Assembly (NCBI GenBank): GCA_964528135.1
Contig: CAZGSE010000010.1
Span: 108-64,107, forward strand
Direction: 5' to 3'
Source of the DNA: an uncultured Paraprevotella sp.
GTDB lineage: Bacteria; Bacteroidota; Bacteroidia; Bacteroidales; Bacteroidaceae
DNA length: 64,000 nt
The position numbers and the translations under genes are program-made. Below, piece after piece: positions 39,801 through 48,000 of the stretch (position 1 is its first letter; every line of letters begins with the position of its first letter). The notes beneath the pieces are model-generated. The model did no database searches and was not told where the DNA came from. It saw only the letters and a list, made by a program, of their open reading frames with translations.

Positions 39801-39978
39801 CTTCCTGGACGACCCCACGGGAGTGGGCGCGGTGGAAACGGACCGTGAAAAGGAAGCCCTGCCCGTATATGACCTCTCCGGCGTGCGCAGGGGGCTGACG
39901 GACGAGGAAGGCCGTTTGCCCCAGCATCTGCAGAAAGGGGTTTATGTCATCGAAAACCGCAAGGTGCTGAAACCCTGA
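36871..39978 (+). CDS. Large secreted modular protein: LamG-like domain, GH43-like propeller, helical region, CBM-like domain and T9SS-like C tail
   Basis: Signal peptide from ATG 36871; WHTVTV..YYLDG..MDNFRVY (LamG); RDA, WAPQ, DADI, YEAS (GH43-like); YDLSG..KGVYVIENRKV tail. Confidence 0.7.
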   Translation: MVKRFFYFKTWLWAAALGVCGTTAAAETGPLVSYSFEMSGQTDDSGTYPFKLVDGAMVLSTDDGNRVLSTGTANGYLDLGAALGADVLSSLNGDYTISLDLCIGQDNALDSYAWAWAFTDGTDRYLGLVNAAGNGDWYYEIKDGSAQSVHSYCGLSADEWHTVTVVQQDGTCTYYLDGEAVGTYALTLQPSDFASSLQDNYLGRSPFAADAYMQNTLMDNFRVYGHALTADEVAGLYDARPASATVVMGVADMLEVDRNDLYLAQAARYIHRQLELPTACTYGTVEWEFTPNGDNSVQFTYADGVFTVESRTDQPVAVGELNGRITYDGTTCMLFDEPVTVTVAPDDEAYGYLYCHMPNLVPQTGEGTLVSQVITYALGTEEDLGLVFNELNRGASIIDGIGTELPWCRDAFMAKDKKRKCYYIVTTDLYGSRDGGTSMLENYSIGMFRSYDLINWTYTRCDMKEYLSANPVTDIYDNTGTQLLTADKVSRVWAPQVIFLDGDPYIYYAMGNTDNGDCDHFYISKANEDFTGITSFQMLYGANRQDNVLDADINYLETDGLYHMSYRDYAAGGILDITTEDLLNPEWSTPVSSFQDGNGYEASSVFRRINDDVWNVGNVNYGDNIGYHFHTADALLRNLQTAPDMSGHLSPQHGSFVHVTQTEYELLQTWSDLKALIADGSTLALSAPDGGEALNALIEKAEGDITADRGAETDLSALLALLQEDFVRLRARVRLERALAEARAANLCGDEGREGLMDAHYNDGKLTAALSDALEAGEGDDEALWATSATALSEATASYFRTLVGRGTAVEVRNGTFDNGTTRWTVNGTVNTSDGVAEFFALRTVDYSASIRQVQRSLSEGYYVVKCQAFERNGENDHTGRDCSEGVEQIHYEFVANDAAVPVRSLYELPYEGDGALYGFANTMAAANALFSASEDNYACWLLVYVDGTRINLGLQRTEESTVTSSEWCCFDNFEVYFLDDPTGVGAVETDREKEALPVYDLSGVRRGLTDEEGRLPQHLQKGVYVIENRKVLKP

Positions 39979-40013
39979 GCCCCGGCGGTTGCCGGGCAGG
40001 GTCGTGGATACCG

Positions 40014-40075
40014 TCTCCGCCTTGTGCGCAATGCCGCGTGGCATTGTGCGCAAGGCGGAGATGTTTTTTGCGCAT
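40014..40075. repeat. GC-rich TGCGCA-core palindromic element, copy 2
   Basis: TCTCCGCCTTG-TGCGCAATGCC / GGCATTGTGCG-CAAGGCGGAGA long stem between convergent genes; may also act as a terminator. Confidence 0.6.
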
Positions 40076-40117
40076 GTTCCCCGTGCCGCAAGGGGAGGGT
40101 TGCCGGGGGCGTGGTGC

Positions 40118-41026
40118 TCAGTTGATGTCCCGGTATTTGTTGGGCGTGCAGCCCACCAGCTTTTTGAACAGCCGCGTGAAGTGCTGTGGATACCGGAATC
40201 CCAGCCTGTAGGCTATTTCGCTGATGGTGTCGCCGGAGCCCAGCACGCGTTCCTTGGCCGTGTCGATGAGCTTCATCTGGATGTGTTCCTGCGGGGTCTT
40301 CCCGGTTTCTTTCTTTACGAGGTCGCCGAAATAGTTGGCCGAGAGGTGCAGGCATTCGGCGCAATAGCCCACGGTGAGCAAGCCCTTGGTTTGCGGTAGG
40401 TCGGAGTCGAAGTAGGAGTTGAGCAGATGCTCGAAACCCACCAGCAGGTCCTTGTTCGTGTTTTCGCGGGTGATGAACTGGCGGTCGTAGAAACGCACGC
40501 AGTAGTTCAGCAGCAGTTCGATGTTGGACGCAATCAGCGTTTTGCTGTGGCGGTCGATGGAGTGGTGCAGTTCGTTGGAGATGTTCTGCAGGCAGTCCAG
40601 CACCAGTGTGCGCTCGCTGTCCGACAGGTGCAGGGCCTCGTTGGCTTCGTAGGAGAAGAATGTGTAGCGTTTGATGTTCCTGCCCAGCGTAGTGCCTTTT
40701 ATCAGGTCCGGTTGGAACACCAGTGCCTTGCCCTTGGGCTGGTACGGTTTCCCGTCGTCTTCCACTCCGGAAATCTGCCCTGGGGCGATGCACACCAGTG
40801 TGCCCTCCTGGTAGTCGTAGTATTGGCGGCCGTAGCGCAGGTCGCCGCATTTCACCTCTTTCAGGAATATGGCATAGAAACCGAAGTTGCACAGGGAATG
40901 CCGCATGGGCGGGAGTTGCGACAGGTCGATGACGTTCACCAGCGGATGGGGCGTCTCGATGCCCAGCAGGTTGTTGTATTCCGTTACGGAGGCAATGTTC
41001 TTGATGCTCTTGTTCTTCGTTCTCAT
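40118..41026 (-). CDS. AraC family transcriptional regulator
   Basis: YGRQYYDYQEGTL, FYDRQF, LSANYFGDLVKKETG, AYRLGFRYPQHFTRLFKK..GCTP. Confidence 0.93.
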   Translation of the reverse strand: MRTKNKSIKNIASVTEYNNLLGIETPHPLVNVIDLSQLPPMRHSLCNFGFYAIFLKEVKCGDLRYGRQYYDYQEGTLVCIAPGQISGVEDDGKPYQPKGKALVFQPDLIKGTTLGRNIKRYTFFSYEANEALHLSDSERTLVLDCLQNISNELHHSIDRHSKTLIASNIELLLNYCVRFYDRQFITRENTNKDLLVGFEHLLNSYFDSDLPQTKGLLTVGYCAECLHLSANYFGDLVKKETGKTPQEHIQMKLIDTAKERVLGSGDTISEIAYRLGFRYPQHFTRLFKKLVGCTPNKYRDIN

Positions 41027-41070
41027 GTTTGTCGGTATGAAAGGTGGCGGGATGCCCCGCGGCGGCCGGC

Positions 41071-42444
41071 CTACACCGTATTGTCCTCAGGGTCGGCCGT
41101 GTCGTCCAGCCGGTTGTTCCACAGGTATTTTTGTGTCTCCGCCGCCACTACGCCCGACAGGCATACCAGGGCAATCAGGTTCGGGATGGCCATCAGGGCG
41201 TTGGTCAGGTCGGCCAGGTTCCACACCACGGCCAACTGGGTGACGGCGCCGAAGAAGGAGCAAACGATGAACGCGCCGCGGTAAACGAGCGTCCAGCGTT
41301 TCCCGCTCAGGTATTCCATGGCTTTCTCGCCATAGTAGCACCATCCCAGGATGGTGGAGAAGGCAAAGGTGATGATGCCGAAGGTGAGCAGCGGGCGTCC
41401 CAGGTAGGGGATTTTGTCGAATGCCACTTTGGTGAGTGTCGGCCCGTTGTCGTAGCTGATGTCGGGGTAGGCCAGTATGCTGGACACCAGCACCAGCCCC
41501 GTGAGGGCGCAGATGACGACCGTGTCCCAGAAGGTGCCGGTGGACGACACGAGTGCCTGGCGCACCGGGTTGCGGGTCTGTGCGGCCGCGGCCACGATGG
41601 GGGCCGACCCCATACCGCTCTCGTTGCTGAACAACCCGCGGGCAATGCCGTAGCGTGCCGTCATGATGATGGAGCCGCCCACAAAGCCTCCGCCCGCCGC
41701 CTCAGGATTGAAGGCGGATACGAGGATGAGTTTCACGGTGTCCCACAGGTAGGCGCCGTTGACCCACAGGATGTAGCAGCAGCCCAGCACATAGAGCACC
41801 GCCATCATGGGCACGAACGCGCTGCACACACGGGCAATGCCTTTCACGCCGAACACCACCACCAGTGCCACGCAGACGGCTATGACGGTGCCCGTGAGCG
41901 CCTGCGGGATGCGGTAGTTCTCATAGCAGAGCAGCGAGATGGCGTTGCCCTGCACCAGGTTGCCGATGCCGAACGAGGCGACGACCGTGAAGATGCAGAA
42001 CAGCACGGCCAGCCACTTCACTCCCATCCCCCTTTCCAAGGCATACATCGGGCCGCCCAGCATCTTGCCTTGGGGGGTGCGGATGCGGTATTTCACGGCC
42101 AGCAGCCCCTCGGCATATTTGGTGGCGATGCCGAACACGCCCGTCAGCCAGCACCAGAACACGGCACCCGGCCCGCCCAGCGTGATGGCCGTGGCCACGC
42201 CGATGATGTTGCCCGTGCCGATGGTGGCGGCCAGTGCCGTGGCCAGCGCGCCGAACTGGCTGACGTCGCCCGTGGCCGCCTTGTCCGGCGTGACGGACAG
42301 CCGTATGGCCTTGAGCAGTTTGCGCTGCGGGCATTTCAGCCGCAGGGTCAGGAACAGGTGGGTGCCCAGCAGGGCGATGATCATGGGCCATCCCCAGAGG
42401 AAGTCGCTGCAGGTCTTGATGAGTGAGCCGATAGTCTCTGTCAT
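41071..42444 (-). CDS. Sodium:alanine/glycine symporter (AlsT/AgcS family)
   Basis: LAATIGTGNI, GGPGAVFW, GGPMY, RGLFSNESGMGS, DTVVIC, LMAIPNLIAL. Confidence 0.93.
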   Translation of the reverse strand: MTETIGSLIKTCSDFLWGWPMIIALLGTHLFLTLRLKCPQRKLLKAIRLSVTPDKAATGDVSQFGALATALAATIGTGNIIGVATAITLGGPGAVFWCWLTGVFGIATKYAEGLLAVKYRIRTPQGKMLGGPMYALERGMGVKWLAVLFCIFTVVASFGIGNLVQGNAISLLCYENYRIPQALTGTVIAVCVALVVVFGVKGIARVCSAFVPMMAVLYVLGCCYILWVNGAYLWDTVKLILVSAFNPEAAGGGFVGGSIIMTARYGIARGLFSNESGMGSAPIVAAAAQTRNPVRQALVSSTGTFWDTVVICALTGLVLVSSILAYPDISYDNGPTLTKVAFDKIPYLGRPLLTFGIITFAFSTILGWCYYGEKAMEYLSGKRWTLVYRGAFIVCSFFGAVTQLAVVWNLADLTNALMAIPNLIALVCLSGVVAAETQKYLWNNRLDDTADPEDNTV

Positions 42445-42457
42445 GTCTGTCTTGTCT

Positions 42458-43012
42458 TTAGTCGTTGATAGGGTCGAGAGGTTTGTCCAGCCCGTAGATG
42501 CGGGTATGGATTTCGCGCACCACACGGTCGAAGTCCTTGTCCTCGTCGATGTCGCCGCAGGCCATGAGCATCAGCCGCACGGCCGGCAGGTGCGGGGCAT
42601 AGGGCGGTTGCAGGTAGGCGCGTTTCTGCCAGAGCGTGAACCCGCAGCGGCGGTAGAAGCCAATCCGTCGGGCGGCGATGCCGCTGGCGGGCGGTTCCAC
42701 TTCCAGCACGATGGGCTGTGCGGCCTGCGTGCATACCTGTTCCAGGATGCGCCTGCCCAGTCCGCCGCCCCGCACGGACGGGCAGGTGGCCAGATGTTCA
42801 AGGTAGAGGAAACCGTCCAGCTGCCAATAGTTGACAAGGCCGGCAAACCGTCCGTTTTCCGTTACGGCGTGCGGGTGGAACAACGGATGGCGGTCGGCAT
42901 ATTCGCGTTGCTGTCCCGCCGGCCGCCTCTCTTCCGGGGGGAAGGCTTCGGCCATGAGCTGTTCGGCCTCTGCATAGTACGGCGCGGCGGTGTGGATGGG
43001 AATCAGTTCCAT
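42458..43012 (-). CDS. GNAT family N-acetyltransferase
   Basis: AFPPEERR, YLEHLAT..VRGGGLG, LEVEPP..RRIGFY; -7 element at 43045-43052. Confidence 0.85.
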   Translation of the reverse strand: MELIPIHTAAPYYAEAEQLMAEAFPPEERRPAGQQREYADRHPLFHPHAVTENGRFAGLVNYWQLDGFLYLEHLATCPSVRGGGLGRRILEQVCTQAAQPIVLEVEPPASGIAARRIGFYRRCGFTLWQKRAYLQPPYAPHLPAVRLMLMACGDIDEDKDFDRVVREIHTRIYGLDKPLDPIND

Positions 43013-43122
43013 AGCTACCTCTTGTCGTGCTGGTAATTGTTGGACAAAAGTACAGGTTTTATTTGTAAAATCCGGTGAAATGACGTATTTTTGTTTGATT
43101 TTAAATAAAAAATAAGCAAACA

Positions 43123-44511
43123 ATGTTCCTTTTATGGCTATTGGTCGGCTGCCTTGCGGGGGCGCTGTGTGTGTTCTTGTGGATGAAGGCCCGTTTGTCT
43201 TCCCTCCAGACGCTGTTGCAGGTCCGGACTGAAGAAGTGGAGAAACAACGTTCCGCGCATGCGGAAGAATTGGGGCGCCTGTCCCGCGAAGCGGAGGAGC
43301 GCAACGCACAATGGGAGAAAACCGGGGCAGACTTGCGCGAAAGGTGGGAGGAGCTGAATCGGGAGAACAAGGCACTGTCCGGCGAAAAACAGGCTGCGGA
43401 GAAGGAGCTGCAACTGTTGCGGGAGCAGGTGGAACGGGAGACGGAGGAGCGCGACCGCCGGTTCGGGCAACAGATGCAGCTGATGCAGGAGCAGCTGCAG
43501 AACGCCACCCGTGAGATGCTGGGGCGGCGCACGCAGGAGCTGTCGCAGCAGAACACGGTGCAGATGGCCGCCATCATAGACCCCCTGAAAGACACCATAC
43601 GGGAGATGCGCGTGGCCATGGACAACAGCCGCGACTCGCACAACAAAAACACGGCCTCGCTGGAGAAGGCCATAGAAGAGATGATGAAGCGTACGGTGGA
43701 AATAGGGACGGAGGCCGACAAGCTGGCCAATGCCCTGCGCAATGAGAACAAGGTGCAGGGCAACTGGGGGGAAATGATTCTGGACGAACTGCTCGCCGGC
43801 CAGGGGCTGAAAGAGGGCATACATTATGAAAAGCAGTCCGTTTTGCGCGACAGCGACGGGAAGGCCCTGCTGAACGAGGAGACCGGCAAGCGGATGATAC
43901 CGGACACCATCTTGCATTACCCGGATGGCAAGGACGCCATCATCGACTCAAAAGTGTCGCTGGCGGCCTTTGTGGACTATCAGAATGCCGATACGGAGCA
44001 GGCGAAAGGCGCGGCCCTGCAACGCCATGTGAAGAGCGTGCGCCAGCATGTGGCCGAGCTGGCGAAGAAGGACTACAGCGCCTATGTCAAGCCGCCGCGG
44101 CAGACGCTGAACTATGTGATGATGTTCGTGCCCAACGAGGGGGCGCTCCAGTTGGCCCTGGCCGAGGACCCCGTCCTGTGGCGGGAGGCTTTTGCCAGGG
44201 GGGTGTTCATCACGGGCGAGCAGAACCTCACGGCTGCGCTCCGCATCATCCAGATAGCCTGGACGCAGATGCAGCAGGCGCAGAACCAGGAGGCCATTTA
44301 CGACACGGCGCGCATGCTGCTGGACCGTGTGGCCGATTTCATCGCCCATTTCGAGGATGTGGGCAGGAAGCTGCAGGATGCCTCCTTGTGCTACACCAAG
44401 GCTGCCGACAAGCTCAGGGACGGCAGGCTGAGCGTGGTGGGCGCGGCCAACAAACTTATCCGGCTGGGGGCCAAGACCAGCGGCAAGAAAGCCATTCCGG
44501 ATGAAAAATGA
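43123..44511 (+). CDS. rmuC: DNA recombination protein RmuC
   Basis: N-terminal TM and coiled coil; QGNWGEMIL, PD..IIDSK, MFVPNE. Confidence 0.93.
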   Translation: MFLLWLLVGCLAGALCVFLWMKARLSSLQTLLQVRTEEVEKQRSAHAEELGRLSREAEERNAQWEKTGADLRERWEELNRENKALSGEKQAAEKELQLLREQVERETEERDRRFGQQMQLMQEQLQNATREMLGRRTQELSQQNTVQMAAIIDPLKDTIREMRVAMDNSRDSHNKNTASLEKAIEEMMKRTVEIGTEADKLANALRNENKVQGNWGEMILDELLAGQGLKEGIHYEKQSVLRDSDGKALLNEETGKRMIPDTILHYPDGKDAIIDSKVSLAAFVDYQNADTEQAKGAALQRHVKSVRQHVAELAKKDYSAYVKPPRQTLNYVMMFVPNEGALQLALAEDPVLWREAFARGVFITGEQNLTAALRIIQIAWTQMQQAQNQEAIYDTARMLLDRVADFIAHFEDVGRKLQDASLCYTKAADKLRDGRLSVVGAANKLIRLGAKTSGKKAIPDEK

Positions 44512-44798
44512 GGGCGGGGCAGGGTTTCCCCTTGCCCGCTTGCGCCGCGGGGCTGCCAAAATGTCGTGCCACCGGCAGGATTGGCAGACCTTCCGGCCGT
44601 GGAAATGAAAAATGGTTTGCGATTGTTTAAATATGCCGGCTGATGTATTAAAGAAGCTTTCCGAAGTTTAAACCTGTCGGCTCACGGATGCCCCGGTATG
44701 CACTTTGTTTGTTATATGGGTGAACGGCGCAACCGAAAGGAAGCCCGTCCGGGAGTTAATAAATTCAATGTAGGACTTTTAAAATAGGAGATTAGATT

Positions 44799-45233
44799 AT
44801 GTCAGCTATTAGAAGGTACAACGGTCAGAATTGGTTACCCAGTTTGTTCAACGATTTCTTTGACAACGACTGGATGATGAAAGCAAATTCCACGGCTCCG
44901 GCCATCAATGTGATAGAGAGCGAAAAGGATTACAAGATTGAGGTTGCGGCCGCAGGCTTGAAGAAGGAGGACTTCTCCATCCATTTGGGTGAAGACGGTG
45001 AGTTGTTCATCTGCATGGAGAAGAAGACGGACAACAAGGACGAGGACAAGAACAAGAAATACCTGCGTCGCGAGTTCTCGTATGCCAAGTTCCAGCAGTC
45101 GCTGATTCTGCCGGAGGATGTGGACAAAGAGAAGATTTCCGCCAGCGTGAGCGACGGCGTGTTGACCATCGATTTGCCGAAGCGTGCCCCGGAAGAGAAA
45201 ACCAAGGTGAACCGTATGATTGAAATCAAGTAA
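44799..45233 (+). CDS. Small heat shock protein (Hsp20)
   Basis: PAINVIE..YKIEVAAAG, RREFSY..F..LPEDVD..I.A...DGVL.I.LPK. Confidence 0.95.
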   Translation: MSAIRRYNGQNWLPSLFNDFFDNDWMMKANSTAPAINVIESEKDYKIEVAAAGLKKEDFSIHLGEDGELFICMEKKTDNKDEDKNKKYLRREFSYAKFQQSLILPEDVDKEKISASVSDGVLTIDLPKRAPEEKTKVNRMIEIK

Positions 45234-45270
45234 GAATGTGCCGGAGGGTTCCGGCCGTGGGACTAAAAGT

Positions 45271-45303
45271 ATCCCCCTGCAGCGGTTGGCGTCGCAGGGG
45301 GAT
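45271..45303. terminator. Bidirectional terminator between hsp20 and the OMP gene
   Basis: ATCCCCCTGC / GCAGGGGGAT stem flanked by A and T runs. Confidence 0.65.
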
Positions 45304-45326
45304 TTTCCGTCAGCAGGGCTGTTTTT

Positions 45327-46052
45327 TTAGAAATTGTATCCCAGGGTTACAGAGAACTTGCTTGTCTTTAGGTCTTTTGCTAATTCGTTGAAGTCGAGCG
45401 CGTAGCTGATGCCTACGTTGAAATTGTTAATGTCGAACATGGTGCCGATTTGCCAGCCGAACTGGCAGCGTTTCCATTTGTATTTGTTTCCTCCCATGTC
45501 GTCCTTATCGAAGTAGTTTATAGAGGTATCCTCATCTTCTTCATCCAAAATATCTTGTATGTCATCATCGCTGGAACTCAATTTACCTTTTCCCAACAGG
45601 TTTACCCTGAGGAAGAAACCCGTATAGGGCTTTATGGTCAGGTTTTCGTTGACCTTAACGCCATAAACGAAATTGAGGGGGATGGTTAGTCCCAAGAATG
45701 TGGAAGAGTAGTCTAAATCATCCACATCGAGCCAATCTTTGAATTTAAATCTCCCAAAATTGATGCCGGCTCCCGTTTCAAAGAATATGGGGAGCTTTGG
45801 GGCAATCTTGATCGATTGTACATAACCGAAGGAGAAACCGTTATAGTTCTTCCAAAGGTCATCGCCATAAGTGTCATCATCATAGCTCATAAATGTGCAG
45901 TCATACGAAAAGCGCAGCCCTTTCCAAGTTTCCACATCGGATGACGAGGAAGAGGACGAAGAACGCCCGCTCCCGCTGTTCATGAACTGCGCGAAAGACA
46001 TTGTGGAGCAACCCAACAACATCACGGCCAATAAATACTTGATTTTTTTCAT
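45327..46052 (-). CDS. Outer membrane beta-barrel protein (PorT-like), paralog 1
   Basis: Signal peptide MKKIKYLL; alternating aromatic strands; C terminus SVTLGYNF. Confidence 0.8.
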   Translation of the reverse strand: MKKIKYLLAVMLLGCSTMSFAQFMNSGSGRSSSSSSSSDVETWKGLRFSYDCTFMSYDDDTYGDDLWKNYNGFSFGYVQSIKIAPKLPIFFETGAGINFGRFKFKDWLDVDDLDYSSTFLGLTIPLNFVYGVKVNENLTIKPYTGFFLRVNLLGKGKLSSSDDDIQDILDEEDEDTSINYFDKDDMGGNKYKWKRCQFGWQIGTMFDINNFNVGISYALDFNELAKDLKTSKFSVTLGYNF

Positions 46053-46099
46053 AAAGTTGTGATTTTGGTTGATAATATATTTGTTGATAAACTCAGTCA

Positions 46100-47086
46100 T
46101 CAGTGGTTGAAGGTCATGCGCCAGATGTTGGCCTTGCCCTCCTTGTTGCCACGTTGCGACACGAAGTAGATGTATCGCCCGTCCTTGCTCCACACGGGGC
46201 TGAGGTCATCCGCCGCGTGGTAGGTGAGTTGGCTGAATCCCGTCCCGTCCATGCGCGACACGAACAGGTCCGTATTATAATAGGTGATGTTCCCCGTTTC
46301 AATCTTTGTGCTGCCCACAAACAGGAGCCATTGCCCGTCCGGCGAGATGACGGGCGAGGTGAAATTATGGTCGGGGTGCGACACGATGCACTCTTCCACT
46401 CCCGTGTCGTAGTTGATTTTCCATATCTCGCTGTTGCCGGACGAGTTGGGACGCACGCAGACAAATGCCTTCTCGCCTTTCACGGGACAGGGGTTGAGGC
46501 CTTGCGAATAATTGGCCAGGAAGTTGTTCTTCATGTCATAACTCCAGATGCCGGTGCCGTTGTTCTCCTGCCGTGCGAAGAAAATCAGGTTCATGTCGTC
46601 CGAGTAGATAGGCGAGTAATCTTGGTTGCCCATCGTGATTTGGCGGCATACGAACCCCTTATCCGCCGATGTCTGGAATATCTGGTTGGTCTTGCCGCGT
46701 GCTTCCGAGAACACAATCTGTTTCCCGTCGGGCGAATAGGAGAAGTCCAGCACGGCCGTGCGGTTGGTCTTCTGTATGGAAGAGCCTTGTTTGGCCAGGT
46801 CTTTGATGAAGATGTTTGTGGTGGTGTTGCGGAACGACAGGTAGGCTATCTGGCTCCCGTCTTTCGAAATGTCCAGTATCCGGTTGGAGAACCAGCCGAT
46901 GCCCCGCGCACTGCGTCTCACTTCGGGCATGCACACATAGTCCGTACTGAGTGAAATCTGTGTGAACTCTGTTCCCGACTCTTCCGGTACGGAAACAACC
47001 GAATAATCAACTTTTTGTGCCTGTGCGTTACCAGTGGACAGGCAGAGCAGCAATAGCGTGCCGCAGGACAACATAAGGCCTTTCAT
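46100..47086 (-). CDS. Secreted TolB-like beta-propeller (PD40 repeats)
   Basis: Repeated SKDG/SPDG/SPVWSKDG..IYFVS motifs; signal peptide. Confidence 0.85.
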   Translation of the reverse strand: MKGLMLSCGTLLLLCLSTGNAQAQKVDYSVVSVPEESGTEFTQISLSTDYVCMPEVRRSARGIGWFSNRILDISKDGSQIAYLSFRNTTTNIFIKDLAKQGSSIQKTNRTAVLDFSYSPDGKQIVFSEARGKTNQIFQTSADKGFVCRQITMGNQDYSPIYSDDMNLIFFARQENNGTGIWSYDMKNNFLANYSQGLNPCPVKGEKAFVCVRPNSSGNSEIWKINYDTGVEECIVSHPDHNFTSPVISPDGQWLLFVGSTKIETGNITYYNTDLFVSRMDGTGFSQLTYHAADDLSPVWSKDGRYIYFVSQRGNKEGKANIWRMTFNH

Positions 47087-47156
47087 TGGCGTAACTCCTG
47101 TTTTTGTTTGTTCTTTATGATGAAAACTTTTTCAGCCGCAGCCTTTGCCTTGTAAT

Positions 47157-47178
47157 GTTTATCTCTTCATAAGAGAGC
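47157..47178 (+). repeat. Left arm of perfect 22-bp inverted repeat (GTTTATCTCTTCATAAGAGAGC)
   Basis: Exact reverse complement of 47337-47358, checked base by base. Confidence 0.95.
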
Positions 47179-47315
47179 AACTTATTGATGCAAAGCCCTG
47201 CAAATGAGAAAGAAAAAGAAACATTTGTTTCAAATTCCGGTAAACAATCCGTTGCAAATTCAGCAATCACGCGATTTTTTTTGCCTTTTTGCTTGGTCTT
47301 TTACAATCTTTTAGA

Positions 47316-47323
47316 TACATTTG
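47316..47323 (+). promoter_or_regulatory. -7 promoter element (TACATTTG) inside the IR-bounded segment
   Basis: The only TAnnTTTG match I found between the arms; 13 nt before the right arm. Confidence 0.7.
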
Positions 47324-47336
47324 CATCATTACAGTC

Positions 47337-47358
47337 GCTCTCTTATGAAGAGATAAAC
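47337..47358 (-). repeat. Right arm of perfect 22-bp inverted repeat (plus strand GCTCTCTTATGAAGAGATAAAC)
   Basis: Exact reverse complement of 47157-47178. Confidence 0.95.
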
Positions 47359-47446
47359 CGGAAGATGTCAAAGATGAACCGGAAAACTTTCCGGATGGAT
47401 TGGCAGGCGGTACGGTTAATACACATGGTAATATAAAACGTAAAAT

Positions 47447-47926
47447 ATGAAAAAAAGTAAGTATTTCATTCTGTCCGCTTGTCTGATGGCGGCAGGAGTG
47501 GGGCAGCTTAACGCCCAGCAGAAAACGGAGTACCGTGAGTCGCAGGCACGATTGGCAGAGCCGGTCATGGGGGTTTATATCAAACCGCTGATAGCCGAAC
47601 TGAAGATCGATGCGGCCAAGGGCAAAGTGAGCGACAAGTGGGAATTTTCCAACAAGGAAGTGAATGCCTTGGGCGGAGAGGTGCCCAACTTGAAAGCGCG
47701 TGCCCTGTTCAAGAGTGTGGAAAAGCACAATGCGGATGTCATCGTGGCCGCCTCTTTCGACATTGAATCCAAGGAAGACCAGAGCGGTTATTACGTCACG
47801 GTCATCGGCTATCCGGCTCAATATGTGAATTGGCGGACCGCCACGACGGAGGACAATGAGTGGATACGCAACGAGAAAATCACGCCCAACAAGTCGCAGG
47901 AGCAGACGCAGGCCATCTCGAAGTGA
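47447..47926 (+). CDS. Secreted hypothetical protein, possibly YbjQ/RcsF-like fold
   Basis: Signal peptide; ARALFKSVEKHNADVIV..VTVIGYPA pattern; fold call is inference. Confidence 0.65.
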   Translation: MKKSKYFILSACLMAAGVGQLNAQQKTEYRESQARLAEPVMGVYIKPLIAELKIDAAKGKVSDKWEFSNKEVNALGGEVPNLKARALFKSVEKHNADVIVAASFDIESKEDQSGYYVTVIGYPAQYVNWRTATTEDNEWIRNEKITPNKSQEQTQAISK

Positions 47927-48000
47927 TGCCGCCGGGTTGTTTCCGCGGTGGAAAGACAAGCATCTACTACTACTAACATTAATAAACCGATAAAAAGACA

